In this document: piece by piece, positions 20,554-31,269 of the stretch
How the letters are laid out: every line of letters begins with the position of its first letter
Numbering within the stretch: position 1 is the stretch's first letter
Assembly: GCA_918797485.1 (NCBI GenBank)
Contig: CAKKNE010000005.1
Location: 2,232,001-2,296,000 of the forward strand
Length of the DNA: 64,000 bases
Direction: 5' to 3'
From: Pelagomonas calceolata
Lineage: Eukaryota
Made by a program: the position numbers and the translations under genes
The notes under the pieces: model-generated
The model's input: only the letters and a program-made list of their open reading frames with translations
What the model was told of the DNA's origin: nothing
The model's database searches: none

Positions 20554-21114
20554 ATGTCGCTTCTTCGTATCATAAGCGTCGCACTGCTTCTATGGGGCGG
20601 AGACACTTTGCGCGCGCCTGCCGCGGCGCGGCGCATGCGGGCGCCAGTGCGGATGTCCCTCGTCGGCAGCACATACCGCGTCAACCTCGACTTCGGCCGC
20701 GAGACTGGCACCTGGATGCCGCCGCGTTGGGCGGTCAACGCGGGACGCACGGAATTTACCCTCGATTTGACCTTCGAGGACGCCGGACTCGCAAGCTGTT
20801 CGACGCCTCGGCCCCTGCGCGGCCTCGCGCTCGCGACAGGAGCGAAATTTCCCATCGAGCAGGCCTCGTGGCGTGTAGACACGGACAAGGGCGGCTCGAC
20901 GCTGAGATGCTTGTTGACGCACGGCGGACTCTCTGTGTCCGACTGTGTACTCGAGTCGGGCGACCTCTACCTCTCGATCCCGTTCTTTCCCCCGAGCACC
21001 GTTTCAAAGAAGGAAGGCCTTCTGTCCATCATAGCGTATCGGTTCGGCATCCGCAAGGAGCGCCGACTCGTCGGCGTGTTTTTCGCCGAGGGACCGCTCG
21101 AGGATACAAAATAA
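20554..21114 (+). CDS. Hypothetical protein with signal/transit peptide (probably plastid)
   Basis: MSLLRIISVALLLWGGDTLRAPAAARRMR presequence, then LDFGRETGTWMPPRWA. Confidence 0.6.
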   Translation: MSLLRIISVALLLWGGDTLRAPAAARRMRAPVRMSLVGSTYRVNLDFGRETGTWMPPRWAVNAGRTEFTLDLTFEDAGLASCSTPRPLRGLALATGAKFPIEQASWRVDTDKGGSTLRCLLTHGGLSVSDCVLESGDLYLSIPFFPPSTVSKKEGLLSIIAYRFGIRKERRLVGVFFAEGPLEDTK

Positions 21115-21150
21115 GATTAATAGCTAGTATGTCCATGCTGAACGACGAAG

Positions 21151-21567
21151 TCACCGCCGTCGCCGCTTCTTCTTGCCGCTCCGGCCCACCGCGGACTCCT
21201 CCGCGGCCGCGACCGCGCCCCGCAGCGCCTCCTTCGCCGCGCCGTCGCGATCCTCCTCGTCGAACGGCAGGAAGTGCTCGAAGTCCCTTAATAAATCCGC
21301 ATGGTCTCTAAACAAATCCGCGACGCGGCGCACCAGGCCCGCGAGGTCCTCGCGGCCGTTCTTCTGGTACGTATGTAATGCTTCCAGGAAGGCCCGGTAC
21401 GTGTCGTGGGAGGTCGCATTTTTAACAACCATAACATAAGCGAAGGCGTTCCGGTGCTCCTGGCTGTCGAAGGAGTCGGGCGTCCGCTTCGGCGCCTTGG
21501 GCGGCGTCGTGAATGCCGCCTCGGGCGAGGGCGGCGTCGCGTGCACGGTGCGGCGCGTCGTCACCAT
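21151..21567 (-). CDS. Small stand-alone PAH (Sin3-type paired amphipathic helix) domain protein
   Basis: AFAYVMVVK...TYRAFLEALHTYQ...VADLFRDHADLLRDFEHFLP. Confidence 0.85.
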   Translation of the reverse strand: MVTTRRTVHATPPSPEAAFTTPPKAPKRTPDSFDSQEHRNAFAYVMVVKNATSHDTYRAFLEALHTYQKNGREDLAGLVRRVADLFRDHADLLRDFEHFLPFDEEDRDGAAKEALRGAVAAAEESAVGRSGKKKRRRR

Positions 21568-21923
21568 TGCGCAGTGAAGTGCGCCCTACGGAGTAAGCGC
21601 TACGGAGTGATGCGGCGGCGAAGTGCTGTGTGCGCGGCGCAACCGCTCCCCAGCCGTGATGGGTTTGATTATTCAAAAGTGTGACCCTCTGGAAGCCACT
21701 GCGCCGCAGAAACAGCTGCCTGGGGTGGTGCGCTACTGCCAAATCGCCGTTGCGGCTGCTAAATTTGCGCAGCGATGGCAAATGGCAGCAAAACTGGCAA
21801 GACGACCTGACCCGCAAAATAATCCAGCTAGCGACATTTTAAAGACATTAGGAATTCACCGTGGACGGCTTTTCGCGAGATCGATGCAGATCGGATGCCG
21901 GAAGATGATTCAGAAAGGAAAAC

Positions 21924-24311
21924 TTACTGCCGGCCCCCCGTAGTAGTAAAATAGCGGTCCTCGGGCAGCCCGCGCTGGCCGTCGTCGTCTTCATCAAACT
22001 CGGGAAACGCCTCCTCCTCCACTTCCTCAGCGGCCGCGGGCCAGGGCGCCACGTCCCAGCAGTTCGCCAGGAGCTTCGCGAAAGCAAAGTCGCCCTCGAT
22101 GCCCGAACTAAGGTCCTCGAAGACGGCCCGGAACGTATCCATGGACACGCGCGCCCGGGCGCCGCCGACGGCCTCGAGGAAGGCCTGGCGCGCCGGCGGC
22201 GCCGGCTTGGCGGCGATGGGCGCGCCCGGCAGCAACGCGGCCAGCTTCGACGCTATGACAGGTTCGCCGAGGCGCTTCGTCAGCAGGTCGAAGGCGCGGC
22301 TCACAAGTTTTGACCTTCTGGCGTTGAGGGGGCCGCCGCGACACAATTCCAACAAAGCAGCTGGCGAGGCCCAGTCGCGCTCGCCCAAGGCGCCCCGCGG
22401 CTGCGGTAGACCCGCGGCCCGGCACGCCCTCGCGACGGCGGCCCGCACGTGGCGCGCCTGGCACCCGATGTGGGCTTTGTCGAACAACTCGATGAACTGG
22501 TCCGCCTCCATCAACGCGTTTTGATCGACGCCCTCCAGCGCCTTCCGCAGCGTCGATGACGGGGCGGTCGCGAGCGGCCTTCTTGTTTGTAATATAGTGT
22601 CGCGGTCGCGACCGAACAGCACCGCCAGTTCTCGATGGAAATCGTCGCATTGCATGGACGTGTCGCCGCCCGCGAACTCCACGGCCACCACGGAAAACCG
22701 AGCCGCCTTCCGAGCCGAGACCGCAAGATCGCATGAGGCCGCCCTCCTTCGCAGCCGCCGCGCGAGGTCTTCCAGACCTATAACGTCCGGCGGCCCGCCC
22801 AGCCTCCTCCGAAACTCCGTGGCGTCGCAGACCGGCTCATACGTTAACATTCTAAGTTCCTCGAGCATAGCCATCGTCGTCCGCGACTCCAGCCCCTCGT
22901 AGACGTCGTCCTCGTCGTTCCACCGGCCGACCGGCATGGTAGTAGAGACCTCTTCTTCCTCATCGGGAACTGTAGGAGGCCAGGCCACCTTGATGACGGG
23001 AGGAGGTCTTTCTTTCCGAGGAGGAGCAACATATGGTTTAGTGGCAGCCTCGAGCTTCCAGCAGCCCTTGACGGCCTTGTCGAAGGCGTCATCATCCGCA
23101 TAGGACGCCGAGAGGCGCGCCAACGAGGCCCGGAATTGTTGTCGCGTACATTCGCTACACGAGGTCTCGTCGATGTCTAGAAACGCGAGCAACCGCGTCA
23201 CGACGGCTTCCTCGTCGGCCCTCCCACTCTGCACGGCGGGGTGCCAGTCGCCGTCGATTCTTTGCTTTAGAACAGCTAACGACACGATACCTGGCTCGAT
23301 ACCAGAACCGTCTTTCCGCGCACCCTTTTGTCTCGCCTTCTCCCGTTCGAAGTGGCGCTGCTGCAGCTCGGCCCAGGCCTCGTCGATGATCATGCGTCTC
23401 TCGGTAGACAGGGCGTTCGGGAACGCTAAACTCTTCTCGACGGTCCGTACGGACGAATCGTTCTCAATCAGCGCGTTGCGTTCTTCGGGCGTCGACGCGA
23501 CGCCGGCGTCCTCCAGCGCATTCTTTAGAATGGTGGCATCTACACTACCGCCGGAACATGCTTTTAAACAACGCGCTATGATTGCCAAACCATCAGGACC
23601 GTGCCTGTCATGAGCTCGCTTTCTTATCAATGAAGCTGCCTTACTGGAAGTCATCTCCTCGCGAAGCACGGCCTTGCCCCTTCCTCGATAAACGGGAGGC
23701 GCCACCGTAGCGCGACTCCGCGCGCGGTCGTCCTGCCGGAAGCCGCGCACGCGAGAACCGAAGGGCTGGCCCGTGCTTTGTAAATTCTTGTCCCAAGCTA
23801 AAGCCGTTCTGCATTGAAACTCATCCTCAACGATCAAGTCCACTCCTTCTTCCGTCTCGGATCTAGCTTTGCGCGACGCGACATGTCCCACGGGCCTTAG
23901 TGAGAGCGACGCCTGCCTCCTTCTATTCGCGAGGCGCATCAATTCATTGATGACAGCCCTTGCCGTCCTTGCGACACCATCTCTAGACGCCGCCGACGAG
24001 CACACGTTTCGCGCTTGGGCCGCCTTGGCTATGGCTGCGAGATTGAGAGGATGCGCGGGCCGCGCGCCTCGTAAATTCCCTCCTTTCACCAGTCTTATAC
24101 CATCAACGGTCAAAATGATGTCCCCGAGGCCCTCCAAACGGACGCCCCGTCGCTTCGAGAGCTGGTCGCCGAGCTCCTTGCCGATCAGCAACCAAACAAG
24201 GTGCATGTCACCGCAGGGCGGTCGTTGATTTGATGGAAGGCGGGCGTGGGCGAGCATGATTAATTCTGCTGTGCAGACGGGCGCCTTGTCCATGGTTGCG
24301 TAGGCTGCCAT
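21924..24311 (-). CDS. CCDC81-like HU-type domains + calcyphosin-like EF-hand regions
   Basis: GVRLEGLG...LNLAAIAK; HPAVQSG...LSASYADDDAFDKAVKGCW repeated as LSSGIEGDFAFAKLLANCW. Start chosen at MAAYATM. Confidence 0.6.
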   Translation of the reverse strand: MAAYATMDKAPVCTAELIMLAHARLPSNQRPPCGDMHLVWLLIGKELGDQLSKRRGVRLEGLGDIILTVDGIRLVKGGNLRGARPAHPLNLAAIAKAAQARNVCSSAASRDGVARTARAVINELMRLANRRRQASLSLRPVGHVASRKARSETEEGVDLIVEDEFQCRTALAWDKNLQSTGQPFGSRVRGFRQDDRARSRATVAPPVYRGRGKAVLREEMTSSKAASLIRKRAHDRHGPDGLAIIARCLKACSGGSVDATILKNALEDAGVASTPEERNALIENDSSVRTVEKSLAFPNALSTERRMIIDEAWAELQQRHFEREKARQKGARKDGSGIEPGIVSLAVLKQRIDGDWHPAVQSGRADEEAVVTRLLAFLDIDETSCSECTRQQFRASLARLSASYADDDAFDKAVKGCWKLEAATKPYVAPPRKERPPPVIKVAWPPTVPDEEEEVSTTMPVGRWNDEDDVYEGLESRTTMAMLEELRMLTYEPVCDATEFRRRLGGPPDVIGLEDLARRLRRRAASCDLAVSARKAARFSVVAVEFAGGDTSMQCDDFHRELAVLFGRDRDTILQTRRPLATAPSSTLRKALEGVDQNALMEADQFIELFDKAHIGCQARHVRAAVARACRAAGLPQPRGALGERDWASPAALLELCRGGPLNARRSKLVSRAFDLLTKRLGEPVIASKLAALLPGAPIAAKPAPPARQAFLEAVGGARARVSMDTFRAVFEDLSSGIEGDFAFAKLLANCWDVAPWPAAAEEVEEEAFPEFDEDDDGQRGLPEDRYFTTTGGRQ

Positions 24312-24589
24312 GGTGCGCGCTGGTGCGCTCCGCAATGATGGAACGGTTGATGGCTGCCCCGAACTGTGGTCCTGTGGCCGGAGGCTTCTCGAACTTCCGA
24401 GCGATAGTCGGACGCGTATGGGCGCTTCGTAGCACCTCGCAGACAAACGACGGGCAGCACCGATCTCCCCGCACGATGGTTTGAGAGCAGTGTGATTTGG
24501 CGGGCAGCTGAGTGGGCGCGCCGGTCGCACGACGGGCCGAAACGAGATCGTCGGGTGTTCGCGGGCAGCCCGCGCACACGCCAGGAGCA

Positions 24590-25192
24590 ATGGCGTTGGA
24601 TCGCGTTGCAGGGGAGGTGTCGGAAGAGCTGAGGCTATCCTTCGAAAGCTGGACCGATGCGACGCGGCTGCTGCAGTTTCCATCCACAGACTGTGTGTAC
24701 AGGCCACCCAGCATGCGCGCCAAAATCTTGCGCGCGCTGCCGATAGAATCGACATTCACGTACGCGCGGTTGATGGAAACCGTCGCGAAGCTCGGAGGAA
24801 CCATGCGAGATGTGACGGTCATGGCGACGCACCTCAACCATCAGACGATTGTCGCCGTCGGGCAGCACCGAATCCCGGACAAGCGGCTGCGCAACAGTCC
24901 ACCGCCCCGGGTCACGCCGTCGAAGCGGCGGAGGACAGAACCAGAACCGGTCGACGACGACGACCGCACGGAGGATTATGCGGGCCCGCCCGTGGATGTC
25001 TCGGAGCAGGAGCTCGACGCAGCGAAGGCCAAGGCGGCCGCCTTGCGCGCCGCCGCGGCGCTGGCCGACACCGACCTGGCGACCAAGAAGCGGCAACGGC
25101 GCGACCATCGAACGAGAGATCGAGCGGTTGCAAGCGGCACGGGACGACTTGGAATCGGACGCCGAGTAAGTACAGGTATTATCTTTAGCTAG
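24590..25192 (+). CDS. Hypothetical protein
   Basis: ATG-started ~200-aa ORF (MALDRVAG...) with no recognised motif. Confidence 0.4.
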   Translation: MALDRVAGEVSEELRLSFESWTDATRLLQFPSTDCVYRPPSMRAKILRALPIESTFTYARLMETVAKLGGTMRDVTVMATHLNHQTIVAVGQHRIPDKRLRNSPPPRVTPSKRRRTEPEPVDDDDRTEDYAGPPVDVSEQELDAAKAKAAALRAAAALADTDLATKKRQRRDHRTRDRAVASGTGRLGIGRRVSTGIIFS

Positions 25193-25209
25193 CGGTGTTA
25201 GACACTAGC
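25189..25209 (+). promoter_or_regulatory. Recurrent intergenic motif, copy 3
   Basis: CTAGCGGTGTTAGACACTAGC, ~210 bp upstream of RAD17; overlaps the stop codon of the weak upstream ORF. Confidence 0.6.
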
Positions 25210-25419
25210 GAGAACAGCCGCGAAATCGATTCACGCCGCGCGTTGGGCACAGGCATCGTTTGTATAGACCGGCGTGCGCGAGCGCTGCGGATTTTCAGCT
25301 CTTCGAGCGCTGACGCTTGAAGAAAGCGCTTTGAGCCGCTGTGCGCCGCGTTGGCATCGGTGCCAAATTGACTCAGGCTCAGGCTAATTACGTCGCGGGA
25401 TTGACAGCGCTGCGAAAAA

Positions 25420-27183
25420 ATGCCGCCCAGGAAGCGCCAGAAGGCGACGCGCCTCATAGCGTGGCCCGGCCGCGACGCGGCGCCGCTCCACGAGCGCTTC
25501 GCGCCGCGGACCGCCAAGGATTTGAGGGTTTACCCGAAGACCGTCGAACGGGTAAGAGCATGGCTTAGAAGGGCGACGGGCCGCTCGCCGGACCCGGGAG
25601 GATATTCATCACCTAGATTATTGATTCTCGCCGGCCCGGCGGGCGTCGGGAAATCGGCGACGCTAGATGTCCTCTGCAGAGAGGAGCAACTGACGCCAGT
25701 GACCTACCGAGACTCGTACGGCTTGGGTGGAGACGGCTTCGGCTTCGAGCGGCGACCGTCGGACTTTAATGAGCCTAGGTATGAGTCGCAGCTGGACGCG
25801 TGGGCGCGGTTCGTGAGATCAGCAAGGTACAAGCCCCTGTCCGACGACCGGCCGGCGGTCTTTGTCTTAGACGACTTCCCGACGACGGAGGGGTACGACG
25901 ACGGCACGTCGTCGTCCAGGAAAGCGTTCAGATCAATACTAGAAGAAGTATGTAGGTCGAGAGACCGCGCGCCGTGCGTGCTGATCGTGACGGGCGAGAT
26001 CAGCGAGAAGTCGGACACGTCGATCGTCGCCGAGCGACTCGTGGGCGAGTCTGTGATGATGTCCCCTCATTCGGAACTGATAGAGTTCCTCCCAGTTACC
26101 GAAAAAAAGTTAAGGAAGCTCCTCGACGAAGTGAGCGAGGGCGCGGCCTGGCCTAGGCGCCCGACCATTTCCAGTGATACGCTCGACGCGCTGGCGGTGG
26201 CCGCGCGCGGTGATTTGAGAAAGTGCCTCTCGACGCTCGAGATCGCGCTGCGAGGCGGAACGACGGATCCCGCAGCAACACATAAGTCCGACGCTGGTGT
26301 GAGTGATGTGCACGCGGTCCGGCGCATCTGCCGCGGCGGCAGCGCCAAGCGCGACTCTCATGGACGTTGGGTCGACTCCAACGGACATGAAGTGGACCCT
26401 GATGCTACTGTTATGAATTCCAAGATGGGCCCCGACGCCTTCGCGACCTTCGTGCAATTTAATGGCGCTTCTGATTTTCAGAGCATTGAAGATTTGTCCG
26501 AGGCGTGGCGCACGCTGTCGGATGCCGAATTATTATCAGCTAGAGTATATGTACCTGGCCGGGAGAACGACGCTATATATCCGTTACAGTACGTCGCCTC
26601 CCTGACTGGAAGGGCTATACTGGTTGCGAACAGGCGGCCGACGCCGCCTTCGTTCAAGCCGGCGCGCCGGCCTAAGTACTACGACGTGCGGGCGTCGCTG
26701 AAGCTCAAGACGTTCGACCGCCGCATATTAGATGCGCCGCCGCGCATGGCCATGAGGCTGGGCGAGCGCTCGTACGACGTGCTCCAAGACGAGGCGTCGG
26801 ACGTTTCCGATATTGAGGACTCCGAGGACGAGGCGCCGAGGGAGCTGCTCGCGCCGCAGCCTTTTGATGAGGACGCAATGTTTGAAGCGGCCGCAGCGGC
26901 CTTGGACGCTGCCGAAGCTGCGGAGCGCGAGCGGGCCGCGGCGGCGACTCCCGCGCCGCCGCCTCCGGTGCCTGTTGCTCCCGCGCCGGCGCCGCCTGTG
27001 ACATTCGAGTCCACGGCGCCGCCGCAAACGCGCGAGGAGCGGGCGCCACCACCGGTCTCGCAAGCGCCGGCGGCGGCGCCGCCCGAACGGAAGCGGAAGA
27101 AGTGCCTCCTCGACACGTCCTCCGACGAGGACGAGCCGCCGGCCGCGGCGAGGGAGGTCGTGGACCTGACGGCGGACGAGTGA
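25420..27183 (+). CDS. RAD17: Checkpoint clamp loader Rad17/Rad24-like AAA+ ATPase
   Basis: ERFAPRTAKDLRVYPKTVERVRAWL; Walker A GPAGVGKS; VLDDFP; IEFLPV; ARGDLR. Confidence 0.85.
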   Translation: MPPRKRQKATRLIAWPGRDAAPLHERFAPRTAKDLRVYPKTVERVRAWLRRATGRSPDPGGYSSPRLLILAGPAGVGKSATLDVLCREEQLTPVTYRDSYGLGGDGFGFERRPSDFNEPRYESQLDAWARFVRSARYKPLSDDRPAVFVLDDFPTTEGYDDGTSSSRKAFRSILEEVCRSRDRAPCVLIVTGEISEKSDTSIVAERLVGESVMMSPHSELIEFLPVTEKKLRKLLDEVSEGAAWPRRPTISSDTLDALAVAARGDLRKCLSTLEIALRGGTTDPAATHKSDAGVSDVHAVRRICRGGSAKRDSHGRWVDSNGHEVDPDATVMNSKMGPDAFATFVQFNGASDFQSIEDLSEAWRTLSDAELLSARVYVPGRENDAIYPLQYVASLTGRAILVANRRPTPPSFKPARRPKYYDVRASLKLKTFDRRILDAPPRMAMRLGERSYDVLQDEASDVSDIEDSEDEAPRELLAPQPFDEDAMFEAAAAALDAAEAAERERAAAATPAPPPPVPVAPAPAPPVTFESTAPPQTREERAPPPVSQAPAAAPPERKRKKCLLDTSSDEDEPPAAAREVVDLTADE

Positions 27184-27215
27184 GCCATTGTGTTAAGTGA
27201 AAGACATGTTTACAA

Positions 27216-28787
27216 TTAGGCGCCGAGCATGATGCGCCGGAGGTGCTCCTTGCGTCGATCCGACGACTTGTAGGGGCAATTTGGCAACGCGCGGAACGAC
27301 TGGGTCCGCACCGTCCGCTGGCGCGCTGGCGACAGCGCCTGGCGGCGGTGGTAGGCGCGGATTTGACCGGCTGAGGCGTCCGCCGGGATCGGCGAATGCC
27401 GTCGCTGGGCCTTGCGCTCCGGCGGACTAGGAGTCCGCGGCGGCGAGCGCCGCGGCGGCGACGCGCTGATGGTCGCAGGTCCGGGTCTGGTGCCCGAATT
27501 AACAAGATCGTGCGGCCGCGGGACGGCCACGCCGGACGCCGCGAGGTACTCGTCCAGCGTCACGCCCTCAGACGGTCTTGACCGTTGCGCAGAGCACGGT
27601 CGCGATATGTGCGTCGGGCCGCCGCCCGTCGCCGCTCGGACGCGCGTCGGCGGGCGCGTCGGCGAGCCGACCGTCGCGGGACGCGTCGCGGACCGTCTTC
27701 GTGATTGCATTTCCGCCACGCGCGCGTCGCGGTCGGCGGCGGCCGCGTCGACGCGCGCGCGGAAGGCCGTCGCGGCGCGGCCGCCGGAGCGGCCCGCCAG
27801 GAAGCCGTCCGTCGCTAAGTATTCGTCCGGCGCCGATGGCTGCGGAAACATCGACGCCGGCGCCGTAGCGGGTCGCGCGGGCCAAGCAAGGCGCGGCTCG
27901 ACGGGCCGCCGCGGGCGCTGCGAGGTCCGCGGCCTTGCCAATAACCTCTCGACGGGGAGAGGCGCCGTGAAGAAGGCGCCGTCGCCGTACCTTTCCTGCT
28001 GGCGGCGCGCGGAGGAGAAGGCCTCCTCCTCGCGCCGTAGCTCCTCCGAGATAGGTACCTTTTCTGCGGGCGGCGGCGGCGCGGGCTTTGCTACGACGGG
28101 AGCAGCGTCGACGGATTCGCTTTTCACCATCTCGCCGAAGCTCCCGTCGACGAGCTTAAAGCCTTGCCTTTCGTAGAAGCCGATCAAAAAAGGGTGCTCG
28201 TGGTGGTTGTCTTGCGTGACGTACAGCGTGACGGGCTTGCTCCTTTTTTCTGGTGCCGCTCTATCCATGTGCTCCAGCGCGCTTTCGAGCAACAAGCGCG
28301 ACAGGCCCCGGCGGCGCCACCGATCTTCCACGACCACGGCGTTCACGTACCTCTTCAGAATGTCGTAGTGGACCGTGGCCACGACGTCGCCGCGTGACGG
28401 GCCGTCCCTACAATCAAATAAGCATAACCTGTACGGCGCCGGGTGGTAGACGCAGCACTCCAATTTATTTCGTCGGAGTAGTCGTTTACAAGCCAGGCCC
28501 TGCTCGTCCGCGTCTCGTTGTTTACGAAGGGGATCAATGAATGATAATGAATGTTGCGACGCCTCGCTCCGTCGCTTGACCCACTTCGTGGGCACGTTCG
28601 CGTGCCACTCCTTGTTCTTATCTAAAATCGACGAGGCGGCCAAGGACGGTAGCGCGCAGGCCTCGGCGTAGCCGGCCGTCTTCATGTGCGTCGTGCCACA
28701 CGCATCACACCCGGCGCGCGTCGAGAAGAAGGGCGACGGCCTTAACCCCTGGAGGCGGCAGTAGTCGCAGAGGAGGTGGCGGCCCAT
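27216..28787 (-). CDS. GNAT acetyltransferase with N-terminal Cys cluster and low-complexity tail
   Basis: VVEDRWRRRGLSRLLL and GFYERQGF; CDYC...CDAC. Confidence 0.7.
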   Translation of the reverse strand: MGRHLLCDYCRLQGLRPSPFFSTRAGCDACGTTHMKTAGYAEACALPSLAASSILDKNKEWHANVPTKWVKRRSEASQHSLSFIDPLRKQRDADEQGLACKRLLRRNKLECCVYHPAPYRLCLFDCRDGPSRGDVVATVHYDILKRYVNAVVVEDRWRRRGLSRLLLESALEHMDRAAPEKRSKPVTLYVTQDNHHEHPFLIGFYERQGFKLVDGSFGEMVKSESVDAAPVVAKPAPPPPAEKVPISEELRREEEAFSSARRQQERYGDGAFFTAPLPVERLLARPRTSQRPRRPVEPRLAWPARPATAPASMFPQPSAPDEYLATDGFLAGRSGGRAATAFRARVDAAAADRDARVAEMQSRRRSATRPATVGSPTRPPTRVRAATGGGPTHISRPCSAQRSRPSEGVTLDEYLAASGVAVPRPHDLVNSGTRPGPATISASPPRRSPPRTPSPPERKAQRRHSPIPADASAGQIRAYHRRQALSPARQRTVRTQSFRALPNCPYKSSDRRKEHLRRIMLGA

Positions 28788-29048
28788 GACTGCTCTCCAC
28801 TGCTGCGAGCCTTGCCGGGAGCCAATGGGGGCGCCGCGGCGAGGGCGTGGCGGGGCCGAGGAGTCCTTTGGCTCGGGATCGCTGGGGCAGCCCCTCCGCG
28901 ACGAGCGCGCTCCCTGTAAAGGAGATGTGGTGCAGCGCCGCTCTCCGGGTTTTGCCTCTCCGGCTTTACGAGAGGGACGATTCCCTGACCATCCATGGCC
29001 ACGGGGCGAGGGACGAACGAGTCCGGAAGGCAAGAAAACCGCGCGTAG

Positions 29049-29069
29049 CTAGCGGCCTAAGGCACTAGC
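29049..29069 (+). promoter_or_regulatory. Recurrent intergenic motif, copy 4
   Basis: CTAGCGGCCTAAGGCACTAGC, in a divergent gap. Confidence 0.6.
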
Positions 29070-29254
29070 AAGCCCAAAAACGCAAGGCCAGCCTCGCAAA
29101 GCGAGCCTCCCGTGCTGGGTCCACACACCAGCGCAAGCACAGAAGCAATATATATTGTGGCCGCATCAGCTCGCATGCATTTCTCGTCTGTCCAGGCATA
29201 ACTGCGTCTAACCCTTGGAGACAGCCAGCTTGTGCCAAACCCAGCGAGGGAGCC

Positions 29255-30679
29255 ATGCAACGCCGCTCCTCCAAAGAGGAGGCGCCCTTCCCCTGGCGCC
29301 AGTGTGTAGTACTGGCGCTGTGCAACGCGGCCCACTTCTACACCATCTGCTCCCTTTTTAGTTATGCGGGGTTCCTCGTCGTGGATTTAGGATGGTCACC
29401 AAACGTGGACGAGGCGGGCTACGTCGCCGGTTACCTCGGCAGCGCTCTGGTCGTGGGACGGCTCTTCACGTCGGTCCTGTGGGGGCGCCTGGCGGATGCT
29501 TTCGGAAGAAAACCGGCCATTTTACTGTCGATGGCGGGCATACTGGTCGGGAACCTGGCTTTTGGTATCACAAAAACGTTACATGCGGCATTGATCGTGC
29601 GAGCGATATTCCTAGGAGCGTGCAACGGCTGGGTGTCGCTCATGGGCGTCTACGTGGGGGAAGTGGGCGGCGCGTCTAGGCAGAACCGCGTCAACGGCTA
29701 CACGCTGACGGGCGGCACGTTTTGCCAATTGAGCGGCCCCGCCGTCGCCGCGCTCTTGTACAACAAGATACCGCGGTATCCTGCGTTAGCGCCGTCCTTA
29801 CTCGGCGCATGCTTAGCTCTGGTCGCCATTTTACTAGGAAGCGTGTGGCTCACGGAGACGAAGCAGCCCGGCTACGCCCGCGTCGGTGATGCTGAGGAGC
29901 CCGATGTAAGCGTGTCGTCCGACGTCCACTCGGTTTTGTTCGCGAAAGGCGTCTTCCTGCGCTTCGCGCTGGGTTTCGCGACTTTCGCAGCTTTTGATAC
30001 CATACCGCTCTGGGCCATCGCGTCCCTGAAAGCCGGTGGGCTGGATTTGACTCGAGCAGATCTAGCAATCACACTCACTGTAGCGTCGGGCGTCCAGGTC
30101 GTTTATTCTTTTCGGTTCATGGCATCCTTCATGGAAGGACGGGGCCTGAGGGGGTCGCTCGTGACCGCGGCTTGTGCAGGCGCTTCAACGTTAATGTTCA
30201 TTCCCATACTTGGCGGGTTGGAGTCGCCCTTCGGCGTCAAACTGTTATTTTTAGCAGTACCGGTCACAGTATTCTACGCCGCGGCGACCACAGCTTTTTC
30301 CGCTGCGCAAGCAATAGTGAATAACGTGGTGCGGAGCGCGGAACGGGGCTACGCCAATGGTGTTGCTGCCACCGTGGAGGCCGTGGGCAAGGCGGCGGGG
30401 CCGACCTTCGGGGCTGTGGTCCTCGCGACGGGGTTCTCGCGACACCACGGCGGCTTCGCGGCCTTCTGGTGCCTCGCCTCATCTTTACTACTAGCGGTCG
30501 CTGTGGCGAGAAAACTGCCCGAGTCCGTCGAGAAGTCGTTGGATGATGAACTGGCCACCATAGAAATGACGCGGCGGAAAGAGATAGGCTTCGACGAGGG
30601 CCAGGACGCCTGGGACGCGAAGCTCGGCAAGCGCGACTCGGAGCCCGTGTTGGCGGGGCTCGAGGACAGCGCGGCGTGA
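29255..30679 (+). CDS. MFS transporter (ZIFL-like)
   Basis: About 12 hydrophobic segments; WGRLADAFGRKP motif A; SLFSYAGFLV; RGYANG. Confidence 0.9.
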   Translation: MQRRSSKEEAPFPWRQCVVLALCNAAHFYTICSLFSYAGFLVVDLGWSPNVDEAGYVAGYLGSALVVGRLFTSVLWGRLADAFGRKPAILLSMAGILVGNLAFGITKTLHAALIVRAIFLGACNGWVSLMGVYVGEVGGASRQNRVNGYTLTGGTFCQLSGPAVAALLYNKIPRYPALAPSLLGACLALVAILLGSVWLTETKQPGYARVGDAEEPDVSVSSDVHSVLFAKGVFLRFALGFATFAAFDTIPLWAIASLKAGGLDLTRADLAITLTVASGVQVVYSFRFMASFMEGRGLRGSLVTAACAGASTLMFIPILGGLESPFGVKLLFLAVPVTVFYAAATTAFSAAQAIVNNVVRSAERGYANGVAATVEAVGKAAGPTFGAVVLATGFSRHHGGFAAFWCLASSLLLAVAVARKLPESVEKSLDDELATIEMTRRKEIGFDEGQDAWDAKLGKRDSEPVLAGLEDSAA

Positions 30680-30892
30680 TTTGTGTTGTTTTGTTTTTCT
30701 AAGTTTATACCCAGTACTTAACTTCACGTACTAGACAACCCCCACCGACGACTGCGTTGCCGGGCCCGCTCTCTTCGCCGCTCCCTGTTCTCGCGCTGCT
30801 CGCGTCTCCCTGGGATGTCCGGCCCCGAGGGAGACCCCACGTTCTCAGGCCACGCGGATCCGTAGTCGCGGACCCCGCGCCAGTATTCGCAC

Positions 30893-31222
30893 TACGCGGA
30901 GTCCCTTCGTTTGCTGAAGCGCTTCGAAGAAGCCAGGTCACTCTTGCGCAAGACGATACCCGTGGCGCGACGTGTTCTTAGAGATAATGATAGACTCACG
31001 CTCGTGATGCGGATGGTTTACGCAGCGGCGATCTACTGCGACGCCAGCGCCACGCTCGACGATCTCCGCGAGGCCGTGACGACGCTCGCAGAGACGGAAC
31101 GAACCGCGCGGCGCGTCCTCGGCGGCGCGCATCCGGACACAATGGGGATTGAGTACGACTTACGAAAGGCGCGCGCCGTACGCGACGCCCGCGAATCGGG
31201 GAGAGAGGTAATATTTGAATAA
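30893..31222 (+). pseudogene. 5'-truncated fragment of the MYND-RINGv-TPR family
   Basis: YAESLRLLKRFEEARSLLRKTIPVARRVL...DDLREAVTTLAETERTARRVLGGAHP. In-frame TAG at 30863 and no ATG between it and the homology start. Confidence 0.8.
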
Positions 31223-31269
31223 AGAGTCGGTCAGATAGCTAGGCGGCCCAGCTCTAAGCAAAGCAGAAG

